Part shown: positions 40,301-46,280 of the stretch, one piece after another
How positions within the stretch are numbered: the first letter of the stretch is position 1
Layout: every line of letters starts with the position of its first letter
The notes under the pieces: model-generated
What the model was told of the DNA's origin: nothing
The model's input: the letters and a program-made list of their open reading frames with translations, nothing else
Database searches by the model: none
Made by a program: the position numbers and the translations under genes
NCBI GenBank assembly: GCA_964504265.1
Contig: CAZDEU010000001.1
Coordinates: 4,412-68,411, forward strand
DNA from: an uncultured Bacteroidales bacterium
GTDB taxonomy: Bacteria; Bacteroidota; Bacteroidia; Bacteroidales; JAKIYJ01
Length of the DNA: 64,000 bases
Direction: 5' to 3'

Positions 40301-41379
40301 TTGGCAATTTTATTTGCTTCTAATACTGATTGAGCTGCTAAATCTCCATAAGCGTCTTTAACTATATATACTAATTTTTTTCTGGTATCTGCTGCTGGTG
40401 CAATCCTTGTTGCAATTATTCCTATTTTACCTCTATCTAAACTTGTCCCTGCTCTTATGCCAAAACTTCTTGATAACTGTAATAAGAAGTCAACATAATC
40501 AAAATATTTCTTTTCATCTGGCGGTAGTTTTCCTTCTGACGCTGTATATAGAAATTTCATTACTTTATCATTCGCTTTGGCTAAAAATAAACCGGTCTTT
40601 AATATTGGAGCCATTTGTGGAAATGCAAAAAATAAACCCTGATTAACTAATTGCCCAAAAGCATATCTTGGGTCTTTCCATTTGGTTACTTCATCTTTAA
40701 TATGGTCTATTGCTAAATCAAGAACTTTATCATATCCTTCAATAAATATTGAACCTAATTTTTCAGTTGTTTTCTTATAAGTTTCTATATAACCCTCAGG
40801 TTTTTGTTCTGCTTTTGTTTTTTGCAAATCTTCGTTATGATAAGCATTGAATTTCTTATTATAAGAAGGTTCAACTTTATCTTTGTATTTTTGTGTTTTT
40901 CTGAAATTGGTTATTAAATCTTCATTATCTATTTTTTCAATAATATAAACTGGTTGCAAGGTTGAACGGCAATTGAAATGTAATGGTGGTAAATAATTTA
41001 ATACCTCATCTTTTGGTATAATTTTATTCGCTAATGCTTCGCATATATCGGTAGTTCTGGAATCTACAATGGATACAAATCTATATGCTATTATAGCAGG
41101 GTCGTCCATAGTATCTGCTAATACTCCGTGATTATAAGCACCGTGTAATGCTGTCCTTGCAACTGCGTTCGCTGATGCTTTAGATTTTATATCTGTAAAA
41201 TTTGATTGAAGTGTGCTTGCTATCTGTTTTGATGATTTTCCCTCTTTTATTCCGGCATCTATTTCTTTCTTAAATTTATTGAGTAAAGATGTTACAACTG
41301 AAGAAGTTGAATCGTCTGTTATTTTACTTAAATAATCTAAAGTACTTGCTGGAACAAATTCAGTATCTAATTTTGCCAT
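31363..41379 (-). CDS. giant MuF (SPP1 gp7 / Mu gpF)-domain minor head protein with HExxH, ART-like block and ankyrin-like repeat array
   Basis: Uninterrupted ~10-kb ORF. Start moved to ATG 41379 (SD GAGGGTG 6 nt upstream); the track start at 41394 is a TTG. Motifs are listed as sub-features. Confidence 0.85.
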   Translation of the reverse strand: MAKLDTEFVPASTLDYLSKITDDSTSSVVTSLLNKFKKEIDAGIKEGKSSKQIASTLQSNFTDIKSKASANAVARTALHGAYNHGVLADTMDDPAIIAYRFVSIVDSRTTDICEALANKIIPKDEVLNYLPPLHFNCRSTLQPVYIIEKIDNEDLITNFRKTQKYKDKVEPSYNKKFNAYHNEDLQKTKAEQKPEGYIETYKKTTEKLGSIFIEGYDKVLDLAIDHIKDEVTKWKDPRYAFGQLVNQGLFFAFPQMAPILKTGLFLAKANDKVMKFLYTASEGKLPPDEKKYFDYVDFLLQLSRSFGIRAGTSLDRGKIGIIATRIAPAADTRKKLVYIVKDAYGDLAAQSVLEANKIAKREIKSTEKTTDALPYLIAAGMKKVITIAADILTKSAIQTKNDIMQITKDSMPTYETRRVLAEALNKSKANIMDIAANLKPRQTIKEIASGIDELIVEKHLNNIYASHLNTIPAEIYAETLKALYDKNKQQQLLTLDIILNDYLKGNLKDKTLYNDDLFDDYLKLQQYKSELEKIIAPVEETYMLDELYKDKILDYYIKATEFIKDLLTKPVSPNYETNVEKVMFTLTNKVYNEIGYDGFDGLYTTANLPPDLMTEFNKKIITEKYVKEAIDFVKEAQKLSEPETALLTNTFLQVDKDKIDWDINRDVLVTLDDYRTAVLQEAAKVKEANKDQYKDFKNLFKTAATTALTYLVNNFLIPPSAQAAEIEKPDYKKEIELLVKKSNETLNKKIADNKEKIKNITTADEFLKFLNTSIIPELPIELHPGAVFDYEIELYKKKHEAVAFVYVKNDSNIMLVDNSKHIADSFLKGLLNIAKENKVTKLDIDFLCLLYHEYLHKQCDHISSDEDVTNDTHIKRILEGINDLKAITTVNRFSKLLGVDINIKIDVAKGTFYGYPAYRTFIKNICQLFGVNVFERIDEIHNIINHGYNKLIPNKFANYLKQFTNIDIEDINIILQLINKTEMNFDILIKDKVIQDMLVKYNYKDIKEFIKKDVEKPKIIYNDAGDNLRLIQRFMIDNDLSHYKLNNDSIQISTGIIQISSENYLRAKAIEDSTHAIEIYKSYEIVVYRKDKITLLNQAKSIIDKFELLKSKLKEQKDTTLISSTGIIKPPITEVKSNIDKLLKITIVKAIKQGDLVTIKRLLQEGVNGSEFLKIALELERNDIYNYLLKYIPKYTSKNTSELHSIEISSLPLMKITPLEQPKPMEGFSKGLYKVKAEGEVAHGVRSIEELQELFLSGAQGNISVSTPYNKGTINRNIVVKSKIPETEGLYAHYDADAGKDYGYDELRIGSKTFIDNIDKIYLTQEMYDDLASEEPLEGESFDDTNLRYHFWEDNYELFEVKDTPSEDIFESIPYIEEPVEIDFDEQAKEFQNIFNTKSDIMYNIINKYADKVNSIEELAKIDKYIEEEKLKNNIKEFNEIYNSIDKSIMKTIIDKYIIYDNGKLKINIEAIDNITIPVQPKSEVQLVRENILQEDVPFDSSKYEYFLKNWKGQTTSAQIIKLRLDMVKMGLTKSKVEKALLIVIGSRDYLKNLTPKQVVDNFDNGKDHFGRPINKNLLFSDDNIKLVYKQNQEFLIDNTYDVFRSCQIPRKQYNDILNSVTDKNGEIDYNIFAIESFTDDYKEAMTFRAEITSEKGHICIFDTIPKDRLFATYQASEEAYKLDDINKLSAQNEMLVMSNVEDIKYYEDKLMTELIYKVAPLNNNFKSIAVTSKNNEYSNLVIGYIISKDKAHFELADSGDDKISRSNTLLYVYNLMSLCKSPKDVDRMMVLSSILFDNKSKESFELLFPTIDFKTTHISKLIKDIIKVDAKFLLTPDILIKIFKSNDVNNIDSLLNSGLDRELVSRAINNLFSIDKADVSYAATIYTKLVNENLVKNSTIFRMINNIPTFKSPEEIELAKTIINKSIIHGEPQNVILSMISKINIEQVDKNIKTEILKNYKYKSTKSLDELYMSIFKHLILNNNLADINTLLLYLRPFEIYKYRVNQSNPKELSDALDDMSGGIQDSDMIVANTDVLVNNYTEDFIKDNFNATELARFTANSGNIIFVNLATAFAKVGNYNMTEYFIKEANISHMSASDKNKIMTEIYREGTLENILYFTKMMGIGKDAYYTTIYFAVNTERVDLLEELLKQGYPDYDDNYSANIITQGTIKFTKSIDMLTILKQYNKIIDPQKILNKAISNNNMPVIEFIVNNYPGLNITLASSTIQYGNIDLLKLLIKSGAKIEHDDFYIAIRTGDIEKIKALAPETIRYSDDIDYAFDMIRKNEAEIIRYLLDKYTIPSNIVNNYLDKIMQTRDLSIISECGNKGMKINTQDSFQYLINIENITIQDIEKLTVNMPAGLSAIYFYSPVCYTRLDIIKYVIENKKYTPDTSLLSQNIIHGNIEIVKYLISKKIQSPNVITSLIKNIPDLDLIKTALENDSYKYDIDDVRLAINLQYNDIVKLLIDKKPDILNNPLELIEAAFNSNNTEIYDLLTSEYSFDINPDDDIKAIKEFKNDIFKIIVKNKTKIDKKKLLDVAVTAGNDDAVKILIDSGVTSTPVLNKVIKNKNNILFTYMIEHGFESSEALSYAVEINATNLVKMIIENQGRADVDVLLPAVKNNNLEIAKMIIDNIDKHISRSADAVKEAVKNNNFDMLKLIYQDKTQLTSDTLIDAISHSNFDITKFIIDEAFKTDTATLSNALIEAVIYNNNDIFDYLLQHNAKLPAVTIALERAIMNKNEYLVNKLLDLGAEDLDAAMEAMKYDLDNKIIIKLIDKGMVNESAFTMALHKNNDTILQILLNKNIIPSDILDEEDIYEHPDLVKELINKGFTSNDISENVIKQNNIDLFNFIIDKNIVDLTDTLMNIITTRNQTFFDIIMQKNIDITNSFILTKALKESNAYMTQKLIDKGFHTVNGAKYAFWHDLPDIAIDMINRGMADDSTIYAAVGKNSVKGVELLIDKGLVDKEIFNEKDLYEYPDMVKLLVNKGIKNNVALVQAVNLDNFDLVKFLVDNKVADPSDYSLLARALSSSDNRIAEYLIDNHIFNEEVLTSLINSKNFELFKRVIEKENYFSDKYPEKIKYEACLNIIYNNNGLFLDYVLSKGYYDADLVSHISNVKNNKNMMSIILKYTPVDDKSLLTGIQNGDIKAVKKIIGKGNIADSLKEELVETAIKYNQDDIADYLISKDIFASKDLHTLAKEGKFDLVKKLLHKKNYFKPEYEKEINEYIVQDTFKMLAANAQIDIIKYIINEGYYTQHLFEYYISANNLEVVKLLVKNAPADEENLKLVAQNLKDLALVKILISKGAKSTQLLQDLSTATDVESVKIYKYLLKYMPK
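31366..35050 (-). repeat. ankyrin-like repeat array (dozens of degenerate ~30-33-aa units, with ~150-aa higher-order duplications)
   Basis: Recurrent A(L/V)xxA(V/I)xxxNxx(I/L)(V/A)KxLIxxG(A/V) units, e.g. LLDVAVTAGNDDAVKILIDSGV and ALSYAVEINATNLVKMIIENQG. The C-terminal pair DNHIFNEEVLTSLINSKNFELFKRVIEKENYF / SKDIFASKDLHTLAKEGKFDLVKKLLHKKNYF shows a higher-order duplication. Confidence 0.7.
36280..36620 (-). other. ADP-ribosyltransferase-like R-S-E block
   Basis: VFRS (Arg codon 36565-36567) ... IESFTDD ... AQNEMLV (Glu codon 36298-36300). The R-to-E spacing is 89 aa. Confidence 0.4.
38812..38826 (-). other. HExxH zincin-like motif (HEYLH)
   Basis: Plus strand atgtaaatattcatg is the reverse complement of CAT GAA TAT TTA CAT. 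This is a motif only. Confidence 0.3.
40945..41190 (-). other. Phage_Mu_F-like head morphogenesis domain
   Basis: ANAVARTALHGAYNHG...RFVSIVDSRTTDICEALANKIIPKDEVLNYLPPLHFNCRSTLQPV (D-x-R-T-x-x-x-C ... PP-x-H-x-x-C-R-S). Confidence 0.8.
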
Positions 41380-41395
41380 TATAATCACCCTCAAA

Positions 41396-41438
41396 GTTTA
41401 ATTTATTTTATAATTATTTTTATATAAAATAATTTAAA
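41396..41438. repeat. A/T palindrome P11 (type B)
   Basis: Ends about 3 nt upstream of the SD of the giant gene. Confidence 0.9.
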
Positions 41439-41550
41439 AAAGTTTAATTTAAAATTCAAAATTTTAAATTAAAATAATTTTATTATGTTGTCTACAATCA
41501 TTTATAGCATAGTTTGTAATGTCAAATATAAAAATACTTAGTAAACTGAT

Positions 41551-41595
41551 TAACCTACCTTTAAACCTTATCTAATAAGTTTTTAAGCTATGTTT
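41551..41595 (+). repeat. 35-nt motif copy b (plus orientation, with insertion)
   Basis: TAACCTACCTTTAAACCTTATCTAATAAGTTTTTAAGCTATGTTT. Confidence 0.75.
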
Positions 41596-41644
41596 AAATT
41601 AGTTATCTGATAAAGATATTTATCTTAATTATTTATAAATAAAA

Positions 41645-41681
41645 GAATACCAATATAAGATTATTTCTTATATTGGTATTC
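41645..41681. terminator. bidirectional hairpin (TATAAGA/TCTTATA family)
   Basis: GAATACCAATATAAGA / TCTTATATTGGTATTC, with T-rich flanks on both strands. Confidence 0.6.
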
Positions 41682-42052
41682 TTTTATTTGTATTGAATAT
41701 TTATTTTTATTCTTTTTAAATTATTTTATATTTGTTATTGTCTTCAGATATATATTTTATTCTATATATTTTTCTTTATATTTATATATAATATAAAATA
41801 TTTAACACTGGCGTGTTAAATATTTTATCATTTATTCGTTTAAATTTAATAATTTAATCTCATAAATTAAAATTAAAAAATCAAATTATAAATTTATATT
41901 TATCAAAAAAGATGATTCAATGAAATCAATACTTTTGAAATACCATAAAAAACTATTTTTAAAATTATTTTTGACTTAAAACATTTATCAATAAACTGTT
42001 TTAAAGGTATTCAAAAATTTATTTTTGAACCTGATTTTACCTAAAAATAGAA

Positions 42053-42096
42053 GTTTAAATTATTTTATATAAAAATAATTATAAAATAAATTAAAC
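42053..42096. repeat. A/T palindrome P12 (type A)
   Basis: Lies inside the 0.95-kb non-coding gap. Confidence 0.9.
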
Positions 42097-42158
42097 TTTA
42101 AAATACAAGCATGTAACAATGACAATTAACACAAACTATAAATTATAACATCATATTG

Positions 42159-42194
42159 TCAACCCTACCTTAAACTTAAAATAAACTATGTTTT
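42159..42194 (+). repeat. 35-nt motif copy c (plus orientation)
   Basis: TCAACCCTACCTTAAACTTAAAATAAACTATGTTTT. Confidence 0.8.
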
Positions 42195-42234
42195 AACTGA
42201 TATATTATAATGAAAATTAAACTGATAATAACAA

Positions 42235-42271
42235 GAATACCATTATAAGAAATAATCTTATAATGGTATTC
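42235..42271. terminator. hairpin after the portal gene (same family)
   Basis: GAATACCATTATAAGA / TCTTATAATGGTATTC. Confidence 0.55.
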
Positions 42272-42295
42272 TGTTACTTGTTATCTTTAAACAAA

Positions 42296-42340
42296 GTTTA
42301 AATTCTTTTATATAAAAATAAGTATAAAAGAATTTAAAAC
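42296..42340. repeat. A/T palindrome P13 (type A, with a compensatory C:G pair)
   Basis: AAATTCTTTT ... AAAAGAATTT. c42305 pairs with g42330 where other copies have A:T. Confidence 0.9.
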
Positions 42341-42342
42341 CC

Positions 42343-43869
42343 TTAAATCGATTCTTTACCGATATTGAATCTTGCTTCCATTACATCATTGATTGCGGTT
42401 TTTAAACTTTCCTCATTTGTTTTCTTTATTATCTCTTCCATTTTTTCAAAGTCTCTATCTTTAAAAGCATCAATCATTTTCTCATATTCTTCTATTGATA
42501 CATTTTTTATAGATTCTTCAATTTGTTTCTGCAATTCTTTTTCCGCAGTAACGAAATCATTTAACTTTGCTATGTCGTATTTCTTATCATAATTTTTAGC
42601 GGTTTCAAATAGTTTATTTATATTAGTATCTGTCAAATGTAATATTTCGTTACTGTCATTTTTTGGTAAATTATATTTGTCCCTTACAAAGTTTAAATCT
42701 TTTTCGTTTTGTGGTGTCATATATCCCGATGTAGTAAGGGTTGCATATACATTTGATAATTTATCTAACTCGTCAACTTGAAGGCTGCTTGCTTTAAGTT
42801 TCGGGTATTTATCGACATTAGGGAAATTAATATCAACTAATCTTTTTATAACCTGGATATTAATATCTTCTAATAAATTATCTAAAAATCTTTTGAGGAT
42901 AACATAAAACAAATTAAACTGTTCCATACCTAAAGCATAAGAACCTACATTGGTATTTGTAAATCCTAAATTATCTGGCATCAGTAATCCTCTTGACATC
43001 ATTTTATCGCAGCGGTCTAATGCTTCACTATAACCTGCTGGTGCTGGAAATGTTATATTGTCTATTCTTACTTTACCATCAGGTAATTTAAAACCTGTTC
43101 CTTTAAGTAAATATTTCAATATTGCTTTTAAATCTTTTTCTTCATCTGCTGTTAATTGCCCTGTATAATATGCAATTAATAGCGGTGTGCCATATCTTTC
43201 AAGGTGCATAGCATAAAATTTCAAGGTAACATCTTTAATCCACCATGGCCTATATATCGCCCTTAAATCTGCATTACCATATAGATTGTCAAACTGTTTA
43301 TCAAATGTATGTATAGCAAATTTACTTGGTGGTAAATCTAAAGAATACATACCTTGACCTTGATATTGTTTTAAGTATGCTAAATTACCACAAGCATCGG
43401 TTTTAAAATCAAATCCGTGTGGTGGTCTTGTTTTTAAATCATCAACACCTATTAAACCTTTAAAATCTTTATGGTTATTTATATAAGCATACATTATTTC
43501 TGATACAGAATAACCATAATCTAAAGCTGAAAGCATTGACTCTAATCGTCTATTAAATGGAGTTTTAAGTCTATCAAATAAATTGTAAGTAATGAAATCT
43601 GCTATTTTAATATCAATTGGACTTTGTGAAGATGGCTCAACTAATATATTGTTAGATAGCATAATTGTCTTTTTTACAAGTAATGCTATTTTAACAACCT
43701 CATCATCTTTCATTTTATCATAAGTATATAAACCTTTTTTGACAATTAAATCATCTGGGTTATAAGGATTGATTGTTAATTGTGTAGGTAATATTGTATA
43801 TGACATTTCATTTAAAACATCACTGGCTTCAAGTTTTATTTTTTCAGGTTTAATATAATTTTTTGGCAT
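42343..43869 (-). CDS. portal protein (DUF935 / Mu gp29-like)
   Basis: 508 aa with ALDYGYSVSEIMY and HLERYGTPLLIAYYTG patterns. Sits upstream of the MuF gene, as in Mu-like head modules. Confidence 0.75.
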   Translation of the reverse strand: MPKNYIKPEKIKLEASDVLNEMSYTILPTQLTINPYNPDDLIVKKGLYTYDKMKDDEVVKIALLVKKTIMLSNNILVEPSSQSPIDIKIADFITYNLFDRLKTPFNRRLESMLSALDYGYSVSEIMYAYINNHKDFKGLIGVDDLKTRPPHGFDFKTDACGNLAYLKQYQGQGMYSLDLPPSKFAIHTFDKQFDNLYGNADLRAIYRPWWIKDVTLKFYAMHLERYGTPLLIAYYTGQLTADEEKDLKAILKYLLKGTGFKLPDGKVRIDNITFPAPAGYSEALDRCDKMMSRGLLMPDNLGFTNTNVGSYALGMEQFNLFYVILKRFLDNLLEDINIQVIKRLVDINFPNVDKYPKLKASSLQVDELDKLSNVYATLTTSGYMTPQNEKDLNFVRDKYNLPKNDSNEILHLTDTNINKLFETAKNYDKKYDIAKLNDFVTAEKELQKQIEESIKNVSIEEYEKMIDAFKDRDFEKMEEIIKKTNEESLKTAINDVMEARFNIGKESI

Positions 43870-43996
43870 AATTGTTTATCTCCTTTATGTTAAAGTTTTA
43901 ATTTAAAATTACAAAATTTTAAATTAAAAAAATCTAATTTTCAATCATTGAAAGATATATAAAAGGTAAAAAACATAAACATATTAAACAATAAAA

Positions 43997-44033
43997 AATA
44001 CTATTATAAGACAATAAATCTTATAATGGTATT
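43997..44033. terminator. hairpin (same family)
   Basis: AATACTATTATAAGA / TCTTATAATGGTATT followed by TTTT. Confidence 0.55.
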
Positions 44034-44077
44034 TTTAAATTATTTTATATAAAAATAATTATAAAATAATTTAAATC
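44033..44077. repeat. A/T palindrome P14 (type A)
   Basis: Overlaps the stop codon of 44071..44448. Confidence 0.85.
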
Positions 44078-44448
44078 ATTGCTGGAATTATGTTACTATT
44101 ATTATCTACAGTAAAAAATAACGGTAATTGAAATTGTATTCTCCAATGTGTTGTATTTTTAAAATCATTATTTAAGTAATCCGTTAATAATGGCCTTATT
44201 AAATCGTATTTTTTAAAATTTTCAATTACTATATTATGTAAAATATTTGCTCGTTTCATATCATTATTATTTATTGCTTTTATAATTTCGTCCATTAAAT
44301 ATTTTTGTAAATCAATTATCTTTTCTAAATAATCAAATATTTCAGTTACTTGTTGTCTGTTAAAAAATATTTGCTGTAATCGTTTAATAAACCAATATGC
44401 GGTAATAATAAAAAATATTAATAATATCGTGGCAATTATATCAGCCAT
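44071..44448 (-). CDS. hypothetical N-terminally membrane-anchored protein
   Basis: MADIIATILLIFFIITAYWFI is a TM helix. 125 aa. Confidence 0.4.
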   Translation of the reverse strand: MADIIATILLIFFIITAYWFIKRLQQIFFNRQQVTEIFDYLEKIIDLQKYLMDEIIKAINNNDMKRANILHNIVIENFKKYDLIRPLLTDYLNNDFKNTTHWRIQFQLPLFFTVDNNSNIIPAMI

Positions 44449-44470
44449 TTTAAATTTCCTTCCTTTAATT

Positions 44471-44539
44471 TAATTTTTTATATATAATAAAAAATAAATT
44501 TTTTTAATTAAAACTTATTGAAGTTTTAATTTAAAAAAC
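44471..44539. repeat. 69-nt direct repeat DR1
   Basis: TAATTTTTTATATATAATAAAAAATAAATTTTTTTAATTAAAACTTATTGAAGTTTTAATTTAAAAAAC. Confidence 0.85.
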
Positions 44540-44656
44540 GATAATTGCTATATTAGGAGTAATCCTATTGTAGCAATTTTTTATTATAAGGTATTTCAAT
44601 AAACCTAAAAATTTTATTTTTTAATTAAGATTATTAAATCTTAATTAAAAAACAAT

Positions 44657-44687
44657 AACAGGTTACGACAATAAATCGTAACCTGTT
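44657..44687. terminator. 12-bp GC-containing hairpin with flanking A- and T-runs
   Basis: AACAGGTTACGA / TCGTAACCTGTT. Confidence 0.6.
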
Positions 44688-44755
44688 AATTTTTTATATA
44701 TAGGTAAAAATAAATTTTTTTAATTAAAACTTATTGAAGTTTTAATTTAAAAAAC
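44687..44755. repeat. 69-nt direct repeat DR2
   Basis: Same as DR1 except ATAGGTAAAAAT in place of ATAATAAAAAAT. Confidence 0.85.
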
Positions 44756-44832
44756 ATAAACATATTAAACAATAAAAAAATACCACTATAAGATTATTTC
44801 TTATAATGGTATTTTTTAAATTTCATATTAGA

Positions 44833-44878
44833 GTTTTTAAATTATTTTATATAAAAATTTATATAAAATAAATTAAAC
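44833..44878. repeat. A/T palindrome P15 (type C-like)
   Basis: AAATTATTTTATATAAAAATTTATATAAAATAAATT. Confidence 0.85.
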
Positions 44879-44880
44879 TT

Positions 44881-45429
44881 TTATTTAATATTTGGTTTCT
44901 TAAACTTCTTAATTTCTTTTGGTTCGACATTTGCGATTTTGTTATCTGGTGGAATTGTTTTCTTTATTTTACCTGTATGTTCGATATGCTCGGTTGGAAT
45001 ATCAAACATCGGATTATCCGATAATTTGATTTTTCCATCTGATATTGTTGTGGTTGACATTTCATTTATTCTTAATTTCTGGTCTAACTCTTTTGCTTTA
45101 ACTTTTTTAAGTTTATGTAAACAGTCGGAGCATAAACCTGCAAGTGTGTCTGTGTAAACCTGGTCGACGATTTTACCGCATTTAGTGCAAGTATATTTAT
45201 TCTCGTTAAACCGTTGGAGATTATTATTCTTAATAAATTCCATTATATAATGTTTTGGTTTACCTGTTAATTCTGATATTAATGTAACATTGAAATTGTT
45301 ATCAAATATCTGTTTAATAAAATGTCGTCTAACTTCCTTATTTTCTTTATCTTTTTCCATTGAACATTGAACGCATAAACCATTGCTTGTTAAATTGTCT
45401 AAATCTCTTTTACATCTTCCACATAACAT
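44881..45429 (-). CDS. double zinc-ribbon / HTH protein
   Basis: CGRC...CVQC, then the HTH-like VTLISELTGKPKHYIMEFIKN, then CTKCG...CSDC. Confidence 0.45.
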   Translation of the reverse strand: MLCGRCKRDLDNLTSNGLCVQCSMEKDKENKEVRRHFIKQIFDNNFNVTLISELTGKPKHYIMEFIKNNNLQRFNENKYTCTKCGKIVDQVYTDTLAGLCSDCLHKLKKVKAKELDQKLRINEMSTTTISDGKIKLSDNPMFDIPTEHIEHTGKIKKTIPPDNKIANVEPKEIKKFKKPNIK

Positions 45430-45464
45430 TTTTTAATTCCTCCGTTTAATTTTTATTTTAATAC

Positions 45465-45500
45465 TTTAAATTATTTTATATAATTTAAAATATTAAAACG
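45465..45500. repeat. A/T palindrome P16 (degenerate)
   Basis: Left arm TTTAAATTATTTTATATA is intact. The right arm is diverged. Confidence 0.5.
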
Positions 45501-45514
45501 GATTTTACATATTT

Positions 45515-46204
45515 TTATATACCGTTTGGTATATGTGATTTATTTATTTCATTTTTATTATTTTTATAGTCATTAACTCTATCTATGTTATCAATATAAT
45601 ATTTTACATTAGCACAGTCAAAAATTGTGTCACCTTTATTATCTCTTAAGTATATATTTATTTCATCTTTATATTCAAGTAATTTATATACAACATCTTT
45701 TGAATTGGCATATATTGCATACATTAATGCAGTCCTATGACTATTATCTGTTACATTAATATCAATACCTGCTGATATGTAATTTATAATTGTGTCAATG
45801 TCATTTTCAACAGCAGCAAAGAACCAATCAATATAATCATTTACTTTTATTCTTTCTGATATTTCGTTTATTTGTTTTGAGTGTTTATTTGGTATTTCTT
45901 TTTCATTATTTTCTTCTTTATATTCTTTTTTAATAGTATCAAGAATTGCATATATTATTTCAGGTTTATCAATCAAAATATTTATATCTACTTTATTGAT
46001 TAGAGTTTTTAATTCATTTTTTAGTATGATAATATTTTCTTGGGTCTTTTCTTCTTTAAATAAATTTTGTATTGCTCCTTCCATTGTGTATCCATAACCT
46101 ATTACTTCTGTTGAGTTTAAATCATAAGCCTTATATCTATATAATGGTCCCGAATCTGTTGATTCTACTTTTATTGTTTTAGTTAAATTTTGTTCATTAT
46201 TCAT
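45515..46204 (-). CDS. ankyrin-repeat protein
   Basis: GIDINVTDNSHRTALMYAIYANSKDVVYKLLEY...RDNKGDTIFDCA is a canonical ANK pattern. Confidence 0.65.
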   Translation of the reverse strand: MNNEQNLTKTIKVESTDSGPLYRYKAYDLNSTEVIGYGYTMEGAIQNLFKEEKTQENIIILKNELKTLINKVDINILIDKPEIIYAILDTIKKEYKEENNEKEIPNKHSKQINEISERIKVNDYIDWFFAAVENDIDTIINYISAGIDINVTDNSHRTALMYAIYANSKDVVYKLLEYKDEINIYLRDNKGDTIFDCANVKYYIDNIDRVNDYKNNKNEINKSHIPNGI

Positions 46205-46248
46205 TTTTATTTCTCCTTTTATTTCAATATATAATAATTTGTTATTAT

Positions 46249-46280
46249 GTTTAAATTATTTTATATAAAATAATTTAAAC
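46249..46280. repeat. A/T palindrome P17 (32-nt perfect palindrome, no loop)
   Basis: GTTTAAATTATTTTATATAAAATAATTTAAAC equals its own reverse complement. Confidence 0.9.

Noticed and set aside
41380-41394. TTG start of the giant ORF given in the track, and similar TTG-extended starts at 27729 and 58889.
   Set aside because: Downstream start codons with well-spaced strong SD sequences (ATG 41379 with GAGGGTG, ATG 27711 with AAGGGG, TTG 58874 with GGAGG) are more plausible.
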